Assembly (NCBI GenBank): GCA_037443035.1
Contig: JBBIPC010000031.1
Span: 1-25,728 of the forward strand
Direction of reading: 5' to 3'
DNA: 25,728 nt
DNA from: Chthonomonadales bacterium
GTDB taxonomy: Bacteria > Armatimonadota > Chthonomonadetes > Chthonomonadales > CAJBBX01
The number at the start of each line of letters is the position of its first letter. Position 1 is the first letter of the stretch. Under the pieces are notes generated by a model. That model saw only the letters and a list, made by a program, of their open reading frames with translations. It ran no database searches and was not told the DNA's origin. Positions 24,297 to 25,728 of this stretch are shown here, in pieces. The position numbers were made by a program, and so were the translations under genes.

Positions 24297-25391
24297 TCAG
24301 TCTGGCCTGATGGCAAAGCCCTCGTTATAGAAGACATACAGGCCGTCCTTGCCTGGTGCTACGAGATCCGGCCGTCCAGTACCACGTAGGTTGGCTAGTG
24401 CGAATCGGATGCCCACTCCCGTGGCCTTGCGCACTTCGCCGTGGTCTATGACCTGCTTACTGAACGATTCGCCATTCCACTTGAAATAGTACGTGCCGAT
24501 ATCATCCCATTCGCCCGGATCATTGCCACAATGGGCCCGGTAGCGGCTGCCTGTAACGAGTTCCGGTTCGCCGTCGCCGTCAATATCAGCCCACTCCATA
24601 GCATGATATTGGGAACAGAAGGGGTCTATGGGATGCCGCTTCCATGTGCGCGTGCCGTCGGCAGCGCGGCATTGCTCCCACCAATCCAGGCCATAGCCAT
24701 GGCCTTGCCCGACGATGATGTCGGCCAGACCGTCGCGATTGACGTCCGCGACGAGGATGGGGACGCTGGCCGCGCCGAAGTCGAAGTCCGAGTGGAACAC
24801 CCACTGACCATGGAAGGGGTCGGGCGGGCATTCGAGCCAGCCACCAGACAGGACAAAGTCCCCGCGCCCATCGCCGTTGATATCACCCCATCCGAGCCCG
24901 TGTCCCTGCGCTTCAGGCCAGATGGTGAACGCATCGAAGCGTCCTGTGCCCGTGCCGGATGCGTCGGTGACCAGCTTGTAGACGACGAGCGGCGCTCCGG
25001 GAGTGTTGGGGATGACTTCGATCTGACCATCACCATCCACATCGGCAGTGATTACCGCCTCGATATTGCCGCACTCAGCGATGGCGTACTCCGGCCAGTC
25101 GCCGCCTGCTGGCCCTGGGTTGCGACGCCAGCGCAGCGGTCCCCACCAGCTCCCGTTGATGATGTCGGTCCAGCCGTCGCCGTCAATGTCCATGGGAATA
25201 GCGCAGAAACTATCGAAGTACTCCCCTTCCGGGCGAATATCGCCGATCTTGTGGCGCTTGCGGAAGTCGGGTCCTTCGTACCAGTAGGCGCCGGAGACGA
25301 TGTCGAGATACCCGTCTCCGTTCACGTCGAATACGTCAGCGGCTTCGTAGCGTTCGTCCGCGATGAGGCGCTTCGTCCACTTGAGTGGCAT
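24297..25391 (-). CDS. FG-GAP/VCBS repeat seven-bladed beta-propeller protein, no signal peptide
   Basis: Seven Ca-blade-like loops: DVNGDGYLDIV, DIDGDGWTDII, DVDGDGQIEVI, DINGDGRGDFV, DVNRDGLADII, DIDGDGEPELV and NLRGTGRPDLV. SD AGGAGAAGGA. Confidence 0.9.
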   Translation of the reverse strand: MPLKWTKRLIADERYEAADVFDVNGDGYLDIVSGAYWYEGPDFRKRHKIGDIRPEGEYFDSFCAIPMDIDGDGWTDIINGSWWGPLRWRRNPGPAGGDWPEYAIAECGNIEAVITADVDGDGQIEVIPNTPGAPLVVYKLVTDASGTGTGRFDAFTIWPEAQGHGLGWGDINGDGRGDFVLSGGWLECPPDPFHGQWVFHSDFDFGAASVPILVADVNRDGLADIIVGQGHGYGLDWWEQCRAADGTRTWKRHPIDPFCSQYHAMEWADIDGDGEPELVTGSRYRAHCGNDPGEWDDIGTYYFKWNGESFSKQVIDHGEVRKATGVGIRFALANLRGTGRPDLVAPGKDGLYVFYNEGFAIRPD

Positions 25392-25426
25392 GTCCTTCTC
25401 CTGTTTGGATTACGTGCGTGTGCTAT

Positions 25427-25728
25427 CTAGGTTTCTGGGCGTACGGCTGTCCTCGCGATCCTAGGATGCCACACATCTCTCGGCCAGCGAACGGGCAGTG
25501 GATGGAAGCGAGGGATCCAACGTGACTCCTCCCACCCAGACTGCACATATCGCCTCACCGGCAGCAAGTGGATGGCACTGGCTGCTGTTACCAAGATCGG
25601 CATCATGAACAGGACGTGCACAGGATACCTCTCCGCCCTGGCGTCTTGATGAACCAGCGCAACGCAAGGATCGGCGGCCCTTCGCGGCCACAAGGAGGAG
25701 CCGTACAGGTTGCCGCGGTCGCCGAACG
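25427..25728 (-). CDS. Probable 3' end of a hypothetical gene running off the window
   Basis: The frame is open from the window edge (FGDRGNLYGSSLWPRR...) to TAG at 25427, has mostly G/C third positions and one hydrophobic stretch (VLFMMPILVTAASAIHLL), and ends 35 nt before the FG-GAP gene. No recognisable motif. Confidence 0.4.
   Translation of the reverse strand, partial: FGDRGNLYGSSLWPRRAADPCVALVHQDARAERYPVHVLFMMPILVTAASAIHLLPVRRYVQSGWEESRWIPRFHPLPVRWPRDVWHPRIARTAVRPET

Noticed and set aside
25692..25728. SD-like AAGGAGGAG plus TTG 25710 as the start of a plus-strand gene
   Set aside because: Only six codons are visible, and it conflicts with the open minus-strand frame that has coding-like third positions. 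It cannot be resolved within the window.

Overview
GC-rich (about 60-65% by eye) bacterial chromosomal segment, densely coding, with about 18 complete genes. I saw no rRNA, tRNA, CRISPR array or transposase. In order: a triplet of GTAG-type REP-like palindromes; an orphan PhnP-like metallo-beta-lactamase-fold hydrolase convergent with a DUF47-PiT phosphate uptake pair; a tightly coupled five-gene envelope operon; a promoter-led Gfo/Idh/MocA oxidoreductase and TIM-barrel sugar isomerase/dehydratase pair; purB; a GT-C-like polytopic membrane protein; a catabolic run (secreted calcineurin-like phosphoesterase, Cys-type sulfatase, unclassified glycoside-hydrolase-like protein, GH123/DUF4091-like protein with two CBM-like modules); and on the minus strand a Zn-ribbon membrane protein and a signal-less FG-GAP seven-bladed propeller. 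The five-gene operon (3102-8985) is the best candidate for an undescribed system. It encodes a membrane-anchored putative propeller, an NHL propeller, an ABC ATPase that probably starts at CTG, an ABC-2 permease fused to a CxxC-less thioredoxin-like domain, and an ABC-2 permease fused to TPRs. All family calls come from motif recognition by eye; no database search was run, so novelty is unverified.
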